From Oopsacas minuta (Eukaryota; Animalia; Porifera): a stretch of DNA of 64,000 bases. The stretch spans positions 186,001-250,000 of the forward strand of contig JAKMXF010000133.1 in NCBI GenBank assembly GCA_024704765.1, written 5' to 3'. The translations under genes were made by a program, and so were the position numbers. Positions 30,520 to 39,969 of the stretch are shown in pieces. Every line of letters starts with the position of its first letter. The stretch's first letter is position 1. The notes under the pieces were generated by a model, which was not told where the DNA came from, did not search any database, and worked only from the letters and a program-made list of their open reading frames with translations.

Positions 30520-31776
30520 TTAACAATTCAAAAATTTATTAGCAAGTAGTTGTAAGCATGTGGGTCTTTTCCTGGGGTTCCTGTCTAAACAGCTGATGAG
30601 TACTGGTAACAGAGATTCAGATATATCTTTGGGAAATGATATGACCTCATTAGGATCTGTTATAGCAATCCATTTCTTAATTTTATCGCCTATATGTTGG
30701 AATGGAGTAATGCCATATGCTAGTTTGTAAAGGATACAGCCTAACGACCATACATCAGCTGATTGGGATATTTTACAAACACCTCCTTGGGAGGGGAGAG
30801 AACCGTTCTTAGGGATGGAGAGGATCATTTCAGGAGCCATATAATTGGGTGTTCCCCATCTTCCCTCCCGCTCAAAAGAAGTAGCGTCATTATTAAGTGA
30901 ACAGGCGATACCGAAATCAATTATTTTAAGTTTTGTGTTAACTAATACGAAGTTATTCGGTTTTAAATCCGTGTGGATAATGTCCATCGAGTGGATTGCG
31001 GTAACACCTTTGAGCATATCATGCCAGTATGTTTGTATGTGGTATGTCTCAAATGGTTGATTGTTATTGTCTTTAATAATTCTAGCTAAGTCTAGCTGGC
31101 CACATTCCATAACTATGTACAATTTCTTGTTGATTGGGGAAAATTCAAAATCAAATAGATGGATTACGTGTGAATTATCTCGAAGATTTTGTAAAACCAA
31201 TATTTCATTTTGGTAAGAGTCTAATTGGAGTTGGTCAATATCTTCAAGATTGACAGATTTAAGCGCGTAAAAGCGCCAATTCAGATCTACGACCCGTTGT
31301 ACGGTGCTTGTGGATCCTCTGCCCAGTTCCCCCATGGTGTAGTAAGGCGTGTTATTAACCAAAACAGGCCTCAAGAGGAGCGGCGGCCAGTTAGCTTGCG
31401 AGAGTCCAGCGGGAGCTGTGCTCTCCTTCGCCAGACAGGGGTGAGTTGAAAATAGATTCGGTGTAGCGGATATTTGAGGGGTGAGAGGGAAGGGGTGTCT
31501 GCTAGGGCCTGGGGTGGAATTACAGAGGGGATGTGACATGAGAGACAAGTTAGACTTTGACTTAAGAGAATCGACGGATTCAGAAACAACATTAAAAGTC
31601 TCATTATTACCCTCAGAATTAGGAATATCAGTATTTTCTATGATTTTAGTCTCATCGGAGGATTCATTGATAGAATCTTCAGTAGCTGAATCTTGTAGAG
31701 AGGGGAATTTGTATTTAGAGAGCTGTAGGAAAGACTCTGACTTACTGACGTCAAAATGGACATTTCTATTAAGCAT
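30520..31776 (-). CDS. TTK: Dual-specificity kinase TTK/Mps1, short form (418 aa)
   Basis: ELGRGSTSTV, SYQNEILVL, VMECGQLDL, HTDLKPNNF, KIIDFGIA, GTPNYMAPE and DVWSLGCILYKLAYGITPFQH. Confidence 0.85.
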   Translation of the reverse strand: MLNRNVHFDVSKSESFLQLSKYKFPSLQDSATEDSINESSDETKIIENTDIPNSEGNNETFNVVSESVDSLKSKSNLSLMSHPLCNSTPGPSRHPFPLTPQISATPNLFSTHPCLAKESTAPAGLSQANWPPLLLRPVLVNNTPYYTMGELGRGSTSTVQRVVDLNWRFYALKSVNLEDIDQLQLDSYQNEILVLQNLRDNSHVIHLFDFEFSPINKKLYIVMECGQLDLARIIKDNNNQPFETYHIQTYWHDMLKGVTAIHSMDIIHTDLKPNNFVLVNTKLKIIDFGIACSLNNDATSFEREGRWGTPNYMAPEMILSIPKNGSLPSQGGVCKISQSADVWSLGCILYKLAYGITPFQHIGDKIKKWIAITDPNEVISFPKDISESLLPVLISCLDRNPRKRPTCLQLLANKFLNC

Positions 31777-32173
31777 CTATCATAAAATGAGAGGTATTTA
31801 TATGTCCAATAATCCCCTGGAGTACGTGGACTGCTTGGAGGTTCACGGACGGAAGTCAATAGGATATCAAAAATTTGTATTGAAGTCTATGAGTGGGAAA
31901 AGTATGGCAATTGCATGAAAGCAAGGTTGAAACCAATCGGACCGGATATTGAACTGTTTCGGTTGCAACTTTGCATGAAAGTATGACAATTGCATGAGGG
32001 GTCCAAGGATAAATAAGGTTGGGAACCACTACAGGGGATGTGTCCAGAGGACAAATCACAAGTTTGGTGTCCCTAGGGAGACAATAAAAGGTGACGAAAT
32101 ATATATAAATATTTGTGGAGTCAATAATTAAATGAATGATACAAGCGAGGTTTATTGATTGAAAAGTACAAAC

Positions 32174-33025
32174 TCATAAGAAATGAGTGCAATACAAAAC
32201 AATAACAACAATGGAAATACCAATAACTCCAATAAACAACACACCAGCAACTATACCTAATCTCAAGTTGTTATCATCGCTCTTCTTATCCTCTGTTAGC
32301 GGGTATATACACGGCTGTTGTAATGCTATTGTCAATTGTGTTAAGTCGGATTTGAGAGTGGGGTTATTGGATCTGATGGCTGCTAGATTCGAGTCGAGTT
32401 GTTCTAAGAGGGTGTTTGTATTGTGTTTCCATTTGAGTGCCGATTTTAAACTGACTGTCTGGTAGGTCGCTTCGGCTTCGTGCTCCGGCCCCGATTCGAC
32501 ATCTCCTTCCGCGCTGTCACTGCAGTATGAATCGCCTATTCGTGTCATCAAGGGTTTAGATTTTATCTGTTCGGGGTCGGAGGATGTTAGCCCAGAATCC
32601 GGAGAAGTATGTTTATCCCAGTGGCGAGGACGTTCCAGTGGGTCTGATAATATCCCGTAGGTGGGGACAGGTATCCGAATTTGATTCAAAGAGTAAAAAT
32701 CCTGATTAGCATACAATTTGTTATAACTCTTAAGAACTGACGGGTCTGTACCGAACTTAGCTGCTATACTTGTTAAAGTGTCTCCTGTTCCGATAGGCTC
32801 AGTGATGACTGTGTATTTATGAGAGGAACCACCTGATCTCTTGCTACCCTTTAATCTCCTGGGTCTAACTGCTTCTAATTTTACCTCATCGTCTGAGGCT
32901 GTTAATTCAAATTCCTTTCCTTTATTCACGCCTGTTATGTGTATCTTCCTGCCTTTAAGGTTGTGTACAATTCTTGTCTCTTTGAGTGGTATTAGTGGAA
33001 CTGATTCTTCTCTCCTTCGAGCCAT
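32174..33025 (-). CDS. LYSMD3: LysM domain plus C-terminal TM protein (LYSMD3/4-like)
   Basis: GDTLTSIAAKFGTDPSVLKSYNKL...QIRIPV LysM domain; C-terminal hydrophobic helix. Confidence 0.8.
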   Translation of the reverse strand: MARRREESVPLIPLKETRIVHNLKGRKIHITGVNKGKEFELTASDDEVKLEAVRPRRLKGSKRSGGSSHKYTVITEPIGTGDTLTSIAAKFGTDPSVLKSYNKLYANQDFYSLNQIRIPVPTYGILSDPLERPRHWDKHTSPDSGLTSSDPEQIKSKPLMTRIGDSYCSDSAEGDVESGPEHEAEATYQTVSLKSALKWKHNTNTLLEQLDSNLAAIRSNNPTLKSDLTQLTIALQQPCIYPLTEDKKSDDNNLRLGIVAGVLFIGVIGISIVVIVLYCTHFL

Positions 33026-33050
33026 AATATCTCCTAATTACGTGTATAAT

Positions 33051-33165
33051 TACAGTTAACACCCGCTTATATAGAAGTGTGAAATTATACAAATATCAAA
33101 GTAACATATATATGGAATTACTTATCGCCGTCCCTTGAGCTTAGATATAACAGAAGTTGACTGTA
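33051..33165. mobile_element. MITE family 1 copy
   Basis: TA-CAGTTAAC...GTTGACTG-TA with the family core. Confidence 0.8.
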
Positions 33166-33303
33166 GTAATTGACATAGATTGTGGTAAACAAATCTTGTT
33201 TGTTTGTTTGTTTTAAAAGTTGTGAGGTGACACAATTGATTTATTAATCGAGTTATGAAAACTAACTAAAAGAAATAGAGAATTGACCAATAGGATTATT
33301 AGG

Positions 33304-34584
33304 TTAATAGTGTTGACTCTGTCCATATTTGGACATAAATCTTGACCGTCTCCCTCTCCCACGTCCCCTCGCTCTAGCTGCCCCTCTCCAACCTCCTCTA
33401 CGGAGGTACATTTGTGGTCCAATAGGGACAGGGCGGGACTTGTAGTAAGCCTCATGAGGTAAGTTTGATGATATAGGATAAGATGTGTAATCAACCTCGG
33501 GGGGATGATCATAATAGGTGTTGATCATGTGTTCCTCACTTATGGGGTCGTAAAGTGTCCTCTCTGCCTCTAGGGGGTGCTGAACCGTGTCTGTAGGCGG
33601 ATAATGGTTGAGTAGAGGGGGATCTTCAAAGTAGCGGACGGAATTAGAGGCTGGGGTAAGGATCCGGGGGGAGAGACGTGAATGGACTGGTATATGATCC
33701 TGTAGGGGCTCTGTAAAATACTCAGTCTCTCCTGGATACTGAATAGAGTCAATGGAATCCTCGCTTTGATCATATACTTGTCCTAGTAGTGGTGACGGAT
33801 CTTTAATTAATGGTGAAACAGCTGTTTGACAAAATCCACCTAGTTTGTTTGTTTTCGCATAGTTAAGAGCTTTTGTGAGTGAAGATAGCTTAGCTAGACT
33901 CTGAGAACTTCCAATACCGATAAACTCTAGCCCTATCCCAGGAAGTTTAGTTATCACCTTTGCCATATTTGGTCTTCTTGAGTCTCTACTACCATTTATA
34001 ATCGGAGTTAGTTTAGCTTTTACCAGTTCAGAACGGACAGTATAACTCTTCAATTTTGATTTAGCTCTCTGATGCCTTTTCTTGGTGCTATTCGGTCCAA
34101 AGGATATAATTTCATTTGGGGTAATATTGATCCGCTTAACAGGGATATTCGGAACTGACATTAACTCAGAGAGTCTAGCGGGTACCCTGTCTAACCCCAT
34201 AATAAAGTCAATAACCTTACGAGCACCTATTTTACGCATTTCATCCGCATCCTCTCCACGTAGAGGAAATTTAATATTTATCTCGTTTCCTTCTACCGAA
34301 AAATGACACCTTTTCTCAGTGGAATTCGGTATATCTTCAATATCAGATCGAACCTTAAACCTGGAGCATACCAGAATACCATATGGGTTGTTATCATAAG
34401 TCAGCTGATTCTTAACAGCATTCTTGACAAGATTTAATTTTGGGTTTAGCGAATTATTTACTTTTTCGTTCTGTTTGACTACTCTATCGTGTATACTAGG
34501 CTTTATGACGTGCGGGATCTCTGTAACAGGATCAGATATTTCTTCAGTAGTATCCACAACTACCAATTCTTCCATGTCAGACAT
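33304..34584 (-). CDS. Hypothetical 426-aa protein with a Pro/Tyr-rich region and C-terminal RG/RGG tail
   Basis: Long ORF with natural composition; ends RRGGWRGAARARGRGRGRRSRF. No family recognised. Confidence 0.75.
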   Translation of the reverse strand: MSDMEELVVVDTTEEISDPVTEIPHVIKPSIHDRVVKQNEKVNNSLNPKLNLVKNAVKNQLTYDNNPYGILVCSRFKVRSDIEDIPNSTEKRCHFSVEGNEINIKFPLRGEDADEMRKIGARKVIDFIMGLDRVPARLSELMSVPNIPVKRINITPNEIISFGPNSTKKRHQRAKSKLKSYTVRSELVKAKLTPIINGSRDSRRPNMAKVITKLPGIGLEFIGIGSSQSLAKLSSLTKALNYAKTNKLGGFCQTAVSPLIKDPSPLLGQVYDQSEDSIDSIQYPGETEYFTEPLQDHIPVHSRLSPRILTPASNSVRYFEDPPLLNHYPPTDTVQHPLEAERTLYDPISEEHMINTYYDHPPEVDYTSYPISSNLPHEAYYKSRPVPIGPQMYLRRGGWRGAARARGRGRGRRSRFMSKYGQSQHY

Positions 34585-34650
34585 TCTGTATCAGAAACAA
34601 GCTAATAATAAACAGGAAGTGTAATATAGGGAAATATTGGTACTCACAAA

Positions 34651-34713
34651 TCAGTCAACTCCAGTTAGAACGAAGTGAAAACGGTGATTTTGTTATAAGG
34701 AGAATTTACTGTA
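34651..34713. mobile_element. Short MITE-like element related to family 1
   Basis: CAGTCAACTCC...GGAGAATTTACTG-TA imperfect TIR. Confidence 0.5.
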
Positions 34714-35335
34714 CGGATTAAGAGTTTATACCGAAATTCTTGGTGTTTATGAGCTGTGTCAGATCAAGTGGGGTTCGGTGTCGGGACAATATTTTCAGAC
34801 CAAGTCTACAGAAAAGGGTGCACTCACAGGGCAAAAGAGATTCGAGTAGCCGGCGAACTTTCGTGCTATTCAATTGTAAAAATAATATACTTGACAGCGC
34901 ATCACAACCTCATGTGGACCCCATAGATGTCCACATGACCTCAAAAATTGTATTGCAGCCTATGGGAAGGTGTCAACGAGTAAAATGGGTTGCACTGACT
35001 TGTAATATTCAAAATTGGTTGAAAGGAATTCCAATTGGAACAATCTCAGAAATATTTGCATCAATCACACAAATCAGCCGAAAGATGGTTAATATTCATC
35101 ACAGATTAATATCGCTATAGCAACTTAAACTATGTGAAGACACATTTATATAAAGCAATGTGGGTTTATAATATGGCATGAGAGTGTTAAACTAGTCTGA
35201 CAAAAGGCGGTACAATTCAATTTTATGGGACGTAAACACAGAATGACAACTTCGTATAAATGCTTAACAAACAAACAACAAAGAAAAGTAGACAATATGG
35301 AATATAAGTGATAGGTGTGAAAGAATAATATGTGA

Positions 35336-35941
35336 TTAACTATAAGCCGTTTTGGATGCTTTCAGTTCTGGCAGCACGACTTGTCTGTTTTTCAAAAACT
35401 TACTCATCCAATCTTTGACCTCATAGTTATGAGCTAAGACGATCTGAATAAGCAATATAAGAAAAATGCTAATGATCACTGTACTATAATATTCGTATAA
35501 CAGCCCCTTAAAACAGGCGAGAAAATTATAATTATCTACAAGAGGTGAATTGGTCTCAGTTATAGCTGATGGACATTTGGTTAGTGAGTACTCAATAGTT
35601 TTGCCATCCTCAAGATCCTGTAAGCATATCAAATCTAAATCGAAGTCAGAATCAGTGAAATGTCGAATTGTTATTGTTCCGGTAAGGATCATAGAATTAT
35701 TCTCATCTGGGAAATCAAACCCATCAAAGCGAATTCCAAGTACGCTCAATGAATCTCCAAACTCGAAAAGTTTATCACTTTTACCCGCTTTCAATTGGGG
35801 AATAGTCTTGGCAAACCTTGTTCCTGTGGGTGCAGTTAAGAGACAAAAAACTGACGCAATATTCTTGTTCAAAGGAGTAATTTCAAAATGACCCATGATA
35901 ATAATTAGGTTTGTAGAAAACACAATTGTCAGAAGTTTCAT
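35336..35941 (-). CDS. Orphan single-pass receptor, Ig-like paralog 1
   Basis: N-terminal hydrophobic segment, Cys pair 73 aa apart, TM helix; clear paralog of 36282 and 38520. Confidence 0.8.
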   Translation of the reverse strand: MKLLTIVFSTNLIIIMGHFEITPLNKNIASVFCLLTAPTGTRFAKTIPQLKAGKSDKLFEFGDSLSVLGIRFDGFDFPDENNSMILTGTITIRHFTDSDFDLDLICLQDLEDGKTIEYSLTKCPSAITETNSPLVDNYNFLACFKGLLYEYYSTVIISIFLILLIQIVLAHNYEVKDWMSKFLKNRQVVLPELKASKTAYS

Positions 35942-36021
35942 TGATAGTTTAGGCTAAATATTATAAGCAAAAGGTGTATATAACAAATATTTGACCTTCA
36001 TTCGTTTTAACATGTTAAGAG

Positions 36022-36162
36022 TACAGTCAAACTTGTCTATAACAGGGACAAAGAGATGGTGACTGTTATAAAGAGGCCATGGTAATGTGAAATCGGAGGG
36101 TACTGCTCTTAGCAGGTGACCGATAATTATACTTTGGTAGCAGTTAAACAGATTTGACTGTA
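36022..36162. mobile_element. MITE family 4 between receptor paralogs
   Basis: TA-CAGTCAAACTTGTCTATAAC...GTTAAACAGATTTGACTG-TA TIR. Confidence 0.75.
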
Positions 36163-36281
36163 AAGCATGTTGTTACCATAAACAATTAAATGTAAACAAA
36201 AGAATAATTCTTGCAAACAAACAAAAATAAGAGTGCATGTAAACTTGTGTTCAGAAATAAGTGATCCTAACAGAGCGTCTT

Positions 36282-36983
36282 TTAATATAAATTTTCCTCG
36301 TTTGAAGATGGCTGTGCCTTTTCCTCGGTGGCTCGCTTATCAGTGGTATTAGCTGAGGGAATATAAGTAAATGCCTTAAACCGTTGGAGTATCTGACTTA
36401 AATGCTTATACAGAAATATACAAATGAGAATAGGTTTAGGCACGACAAAAAGTAGAATAAAGATAGTAGCAATGAAGGTAACCACAATGGTAGTAACAAT
36501 GGTAGTAACTAAAACTGTGCCGTTGTCGCATTGAAGAGTAGTAGTAGGAGGTGGAGGTGTCGTTACAGGATGAGTGGGAGAGCTACTTAGAGTGCTATAT
36601 TTAGAATCGAGTGTTAGTGGTAATTGTATTAAGGTATCGTTATTGAGGATTTGTTGACAAATTAGACCTAGTTCAAGATCAGAACTTGAGTAGTCCCTAA
36701 TCGTTAACATCCCAATTAATTCCATAGCATTGTGCTCGTCTGGAGTATGAAACCCGTTAAAACGATCTCCTATTTCTGGTCGGGCATTTGTAAATTGGAA
36801 AATTTTCCCATTCTTTCCAATTTTAAGTTCAGGTATAGTTTTAGCGAAGGATACGTCATCTTGTCCTGTGAGTAGACAAAATGCTGTAGCAATTTCGTTC
36901 TCCTGGAGGGTGAGGGTAAATTCAGACCCAGATGCAATTGTGTAAAATAAAAATGTAAAAAAGGTGAAAACTCTCAAGAACAT
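36282..36983 (-). CDS. Orphan single-pass receptor, Ig-like paralog 2
   Basis: Signal peptide, FCLLT...FAKTIPELK...RFNGF...PDE...LTIRDY...LICQQ, Thr/Pro stalk, TM, tail ending EENLY. Confidence 0.82.
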   Translation of the reverse strand: MFLRVFTFFTFLFYTIASGSEFTLTLQENEIATAFCLLTGQDDVSFAKTIPELKIGKNGKIFQFTNARPEIGDRFNGFHTPDEHNAMELIGMLTIRDYSSSDLELGLICQQILNNDTLIQLPLTLDSKYSTLSSSPTHPVTTPPPPTTTLQCDNGTVLVTTIVTTIVVTFIATIFILLFVVPKPILICIFLYKHLSQILQRFKAFTYIPSANTTDKRATEEKAQPSSNEENLY

Positions 36984-37640
36984 TGTTGTTGTTATTGTTG
37001 TTGTTCTTGCGCATCTAAAAAGCTAAAAATAACTAGATTGTATTTGAATAATTTTACTGTTCTGGTTACAGTATAGTATAGTGGCACAGTTCTAAAATGG
37101 TTGACTTTCTTAGTTGGTAGGTGTATATAAATGTGTTAGCTCTCCTGTTTACACCTTTGGAGATTAAGACTAGATTTCTAGTCGGGTGATTCAAGCACCT
37201 AATGGGATCATGGGAGGTGAGTACCAGGGCCAGCACGATTATTTCAATTTTGAGCGGAACGATTGGATTTACAATACCAAATGCATGCATTGGTTTCCAA
37301 TATTTGAATATTATTCATATAATACTCGATAATAGCCATTTGAATAGGAAAATCCCCCTAGATATGAACCAAATCCGGTGGTATGCCAAGAGGATGGTAA
37401 TTTGGCTCAGTTAACCCATAAACACAGAATAATAATGAATAACTTAGTCTACAGTCAATATAATTACAATATGTATACAAAAAATATAAATCTATGAAAG
37501 TGTTAAAGACAGCTGTTCCATTGAGTAGGAGAAATTAAGTGACCGTTTAGCTTTTATAAAGATGAGTTTTACAAACATAAACTAATATTTATATTAGCTA
37601 ATATAGTGACCTATGGTTGCAGATTTTATTATCCAGGACC

Positions 37641-38084
37641 TTAGTTCGAAACCTGCTGCACAATTGGTTCCGTGCAATCCGACAATTGGTTCAAGGGAGC
37701 TTGTTGAACAATTGGTTCGGTGGAGTCCTCAGCTTCAGGGAGATCTAATACCAGTTCAGACAGAGCAGAGTGATAAGATTCTGGACTGTCGGGTATAGGG
37801 GAATGCTCAGTGCCATCATCTCCCTCCATATGATACGCACAAGCGTCTGGAGCTGGCTCTCCTACACTTGAAATATCATTCGATTGCATGGTACCCTTCA
37901 TACAACATATACATATGCACTTTGTGCAAATTTTCCTTATCAGCTTACGATAATTCAGAATACATCCGAAAATGAGTACAATTCCTGAAAAAGCTCCGAC
38001 CCAAGTGCCAATCACACCCAGGTATACAGTAGAATTGGTATATGTACTATTGCCATCCGGAATAGCTATAGCTACTGATAGCAT
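37641..38084 (-). CDS. Short single-pass membrane protein within the receptor cluster, no Ig domain
   Basis: Short NxS/T-bearing ectodomain, TM, CTKCICICC cluster and an acidic tail loosely like paralog 3. Confidence 0.6.
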   Translation of the reverse strand: MLSVAIAIPDGNSTYTNSTVYLGVIGTWVGAFSGIVLIFGCILNYRKLIRKICTKCICICCMKGTMQSNDISSVGEPAPDACAYHMEGDDGTEHSPIPDSPESYHSALSELVLDLPEAEDSTEPIVQQAPLNQLSDCTEPIVQQVSN

Positions 38085-38519
38085 TTTCTCACAAACTTGA
38101 AAACTGCTAATATCTCTAATTTCCTAATTCATTGTGATATTTACAAACAAACAAGATTAAAATATGAATAAATAATACACACACACACAAGAGACGAGTT
38201 AGTGAGAATGAAACTTAACTTGTATGTTACTGACCTAATAGGTTTTGGGTGGCACAATGAATTGAGGTATATTGAGGGCAGATGGGCCGAATGGATTATG
38301 GATAATGGAATTAATGGATTCCGGATGGATTCGGGCTCTCTAAAGTTAAAAGGAATCCATCAGATCCTTGAAATTTATGGATTTTATGGATCTGATTTAT
38401 GTTCGTGTGGGAAATGTATTTTCCTTTAAAAATTATTAATAAATATTATTATTTATCTTCCTACACACAAAATTAATACAAAAATAAAGACAATAAGTGA
38501 AAAGGTTCTGATCTTACTC

Positions 38520-39371
38520 CTACTCAGGCTTGTCTTTACCGGGGGCTCCTACCCTGGTAATCCTGTGCTCAGTGGACTCTTCTTCTGTATCTATTGGTAT
38601 CACACACGAATCAGGAGAAGCCTTCTCGTCCTTTGGTACTTGATAAGGGGCATTCTTGCGGTCTGGCAAATCCTCTACCTCGATGTTTATTGTATGGGCT
38701 GACGCGGGTGAGACATTTGGACAAATAGTCTCGGACTCACTTAGAAGGGTAATTGAGTTTGTAGGACTGATATTATTATTGTTTGTTGTACACCAAAAGA
38801 TAGTTCTGCTAATTTTATTCTTTGCAAGTAGTGATAAAGTTCGAATTTCTTTTTGGAAAATTATAAAACTCAGAATTATTATAGTTAAAACTATTAATTG
38901 GGGCAGAGTAGAGATGAAATATTCTAGTCCTGTCAGACAATTAGATGCAACTGTTCTACCTGTACTATCTGTAGTACAGGTAGTTGAATGGTTAGTTTCC
39001 TTTGTTAAAGGATACTGAATAATTTTATCGTCGTTGAGATATTGGAAGCAGAATAGCTCAGGGGCTAGATCAGTATCGTTATATCCTCGAATTGTTATAG
39101 TCCCGATTAAAATCTTTGAATTAGCAACATCGGGAAAATGGTCCCCATGAAAGCGATCACCAAATTCACCCCTAACTTTAGCAAATTCAAATCTTCGTCC
39201 TTCATTACCCAATCTAAGTTCTGGGGTAGTTGATGAGAATTTCTTCCCTATCGGAGCTCTTAACTGACAACGAGCAAAGGCAATGCCTTCTCCCTCAGAT
39301 GTGTATAAGGTAAAATCACCCCCAACTGTTGAAAATAACGTAATAAGGAACAGAATTAGTAGTAGACCCAT
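38520..39371 (-). CDS. Orphan single-pass receptor, Ig-like paralog 3
   Basis: Signal peptide, ARCQL...PELRLG...RFHG...PD...GTITIRGY...LFCFQ, TM and long acidic tail. ATG at 39371. Confidence 0.82.
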   Translation of the reverse strand: MGLLLILFLITLFSTVGGDFTLYTSEGEGIAFARCQLRAPIGKKFSSTTPELRLGNEGRRFEFAKVRGEFGDRFHGDHFPDVANSKILIGTITIRGYNDTDLAPELFCFQYLNDDKIIQYPLTKETNHSTTCTTDSTGRTVASNCLTGLEYFISTLPQLIVLTIIILSFIIFQKEIRTLSLLAKNKISRTIFWCTTNNNNISPTNSITLLSESETICPNVSPASAHTINIEVEDLPDRKNAPYQVPKDEKASPDSCVIPIDTEEESTEHRITRVGAPGKDKPE

Positions 39372-39400
39372 TTTTTGTAAGATCAATAAATCTACTATTC

Positions 39401-39461
39401 AATTTATATGCGAACACTTACACGTTTTCAATGAAAACGTGTAAGTGTTCGCATATAAATT
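39401..39461. repeat. Perfect 30-bp inverted repeat with a 1-nt spacer
   Basis: AATTTATATGCGAACACTTACACGTTTTCA-A-TGAAAACGTGTAAGTGTTCGCATATAAATT. Confidence 0.97.
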
Positions 39462-39969
39462 ACGTAATTAACTAATTATATCTCAAAAATATATACGCAA
39501 ACTATGCAATTTATCCATCTACGTATATTCTCACCTTTAGCGATAAGTATAAAGAATAATGAAAAGTTAATGCTAACACTTAAGTATAGCTAAGTTTAGA
39601 ATCCGGAATGAAAACTAAGAATATTCGTGAATTCTTAGAAATACGCTTAGAAATAAGTTAAGAGTTATTCTTAGAATTTTAGTAAATAAGGCCCCTGGAA
39701 TTTACTGGAATTTACTGGAATTTCCTAAATAGAATGTATCAGTTATGATGCATTATATTTTTCATCTCGTCCAGAAACATCGAGCTAGCGGGACCTCGCC
39801 CCATGATACGACACTACCAGCAACAGCGAATGAATCCAAGAATAGTATTAAGAGTTTTGTATAATTTAATATATTTTAGTTATCAAAATGGGGAACTCTT
39901 ATCGTACTAGCAAAATACATTAGTATATACTATGGTTAAATGTGTGTAGATTATATATATGAGATTACA

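Noticed and set aside
34740-35120. + strand 126-aa ORF
   Set aside because: It has a non-ATG start, no recognisable domain and an atypical composition; the many short ORFs antisense to real genes were dismissed for the same reasons.
37066-37420. Possible decayed fifth receptor paralog
   Set aside because: There are short broken frames but none of the shared Ig-like motifs could be found.
38202-38429. + ORF containing WAEWIMDNGINGFRMD, resembling the GH13 alpha-amylase DGFRxD region
   Set aside because: It lies in a run of ATGGA repeats that generates M/D/G/W codons; there are no other GH13 motifs and it is only 75 aa.
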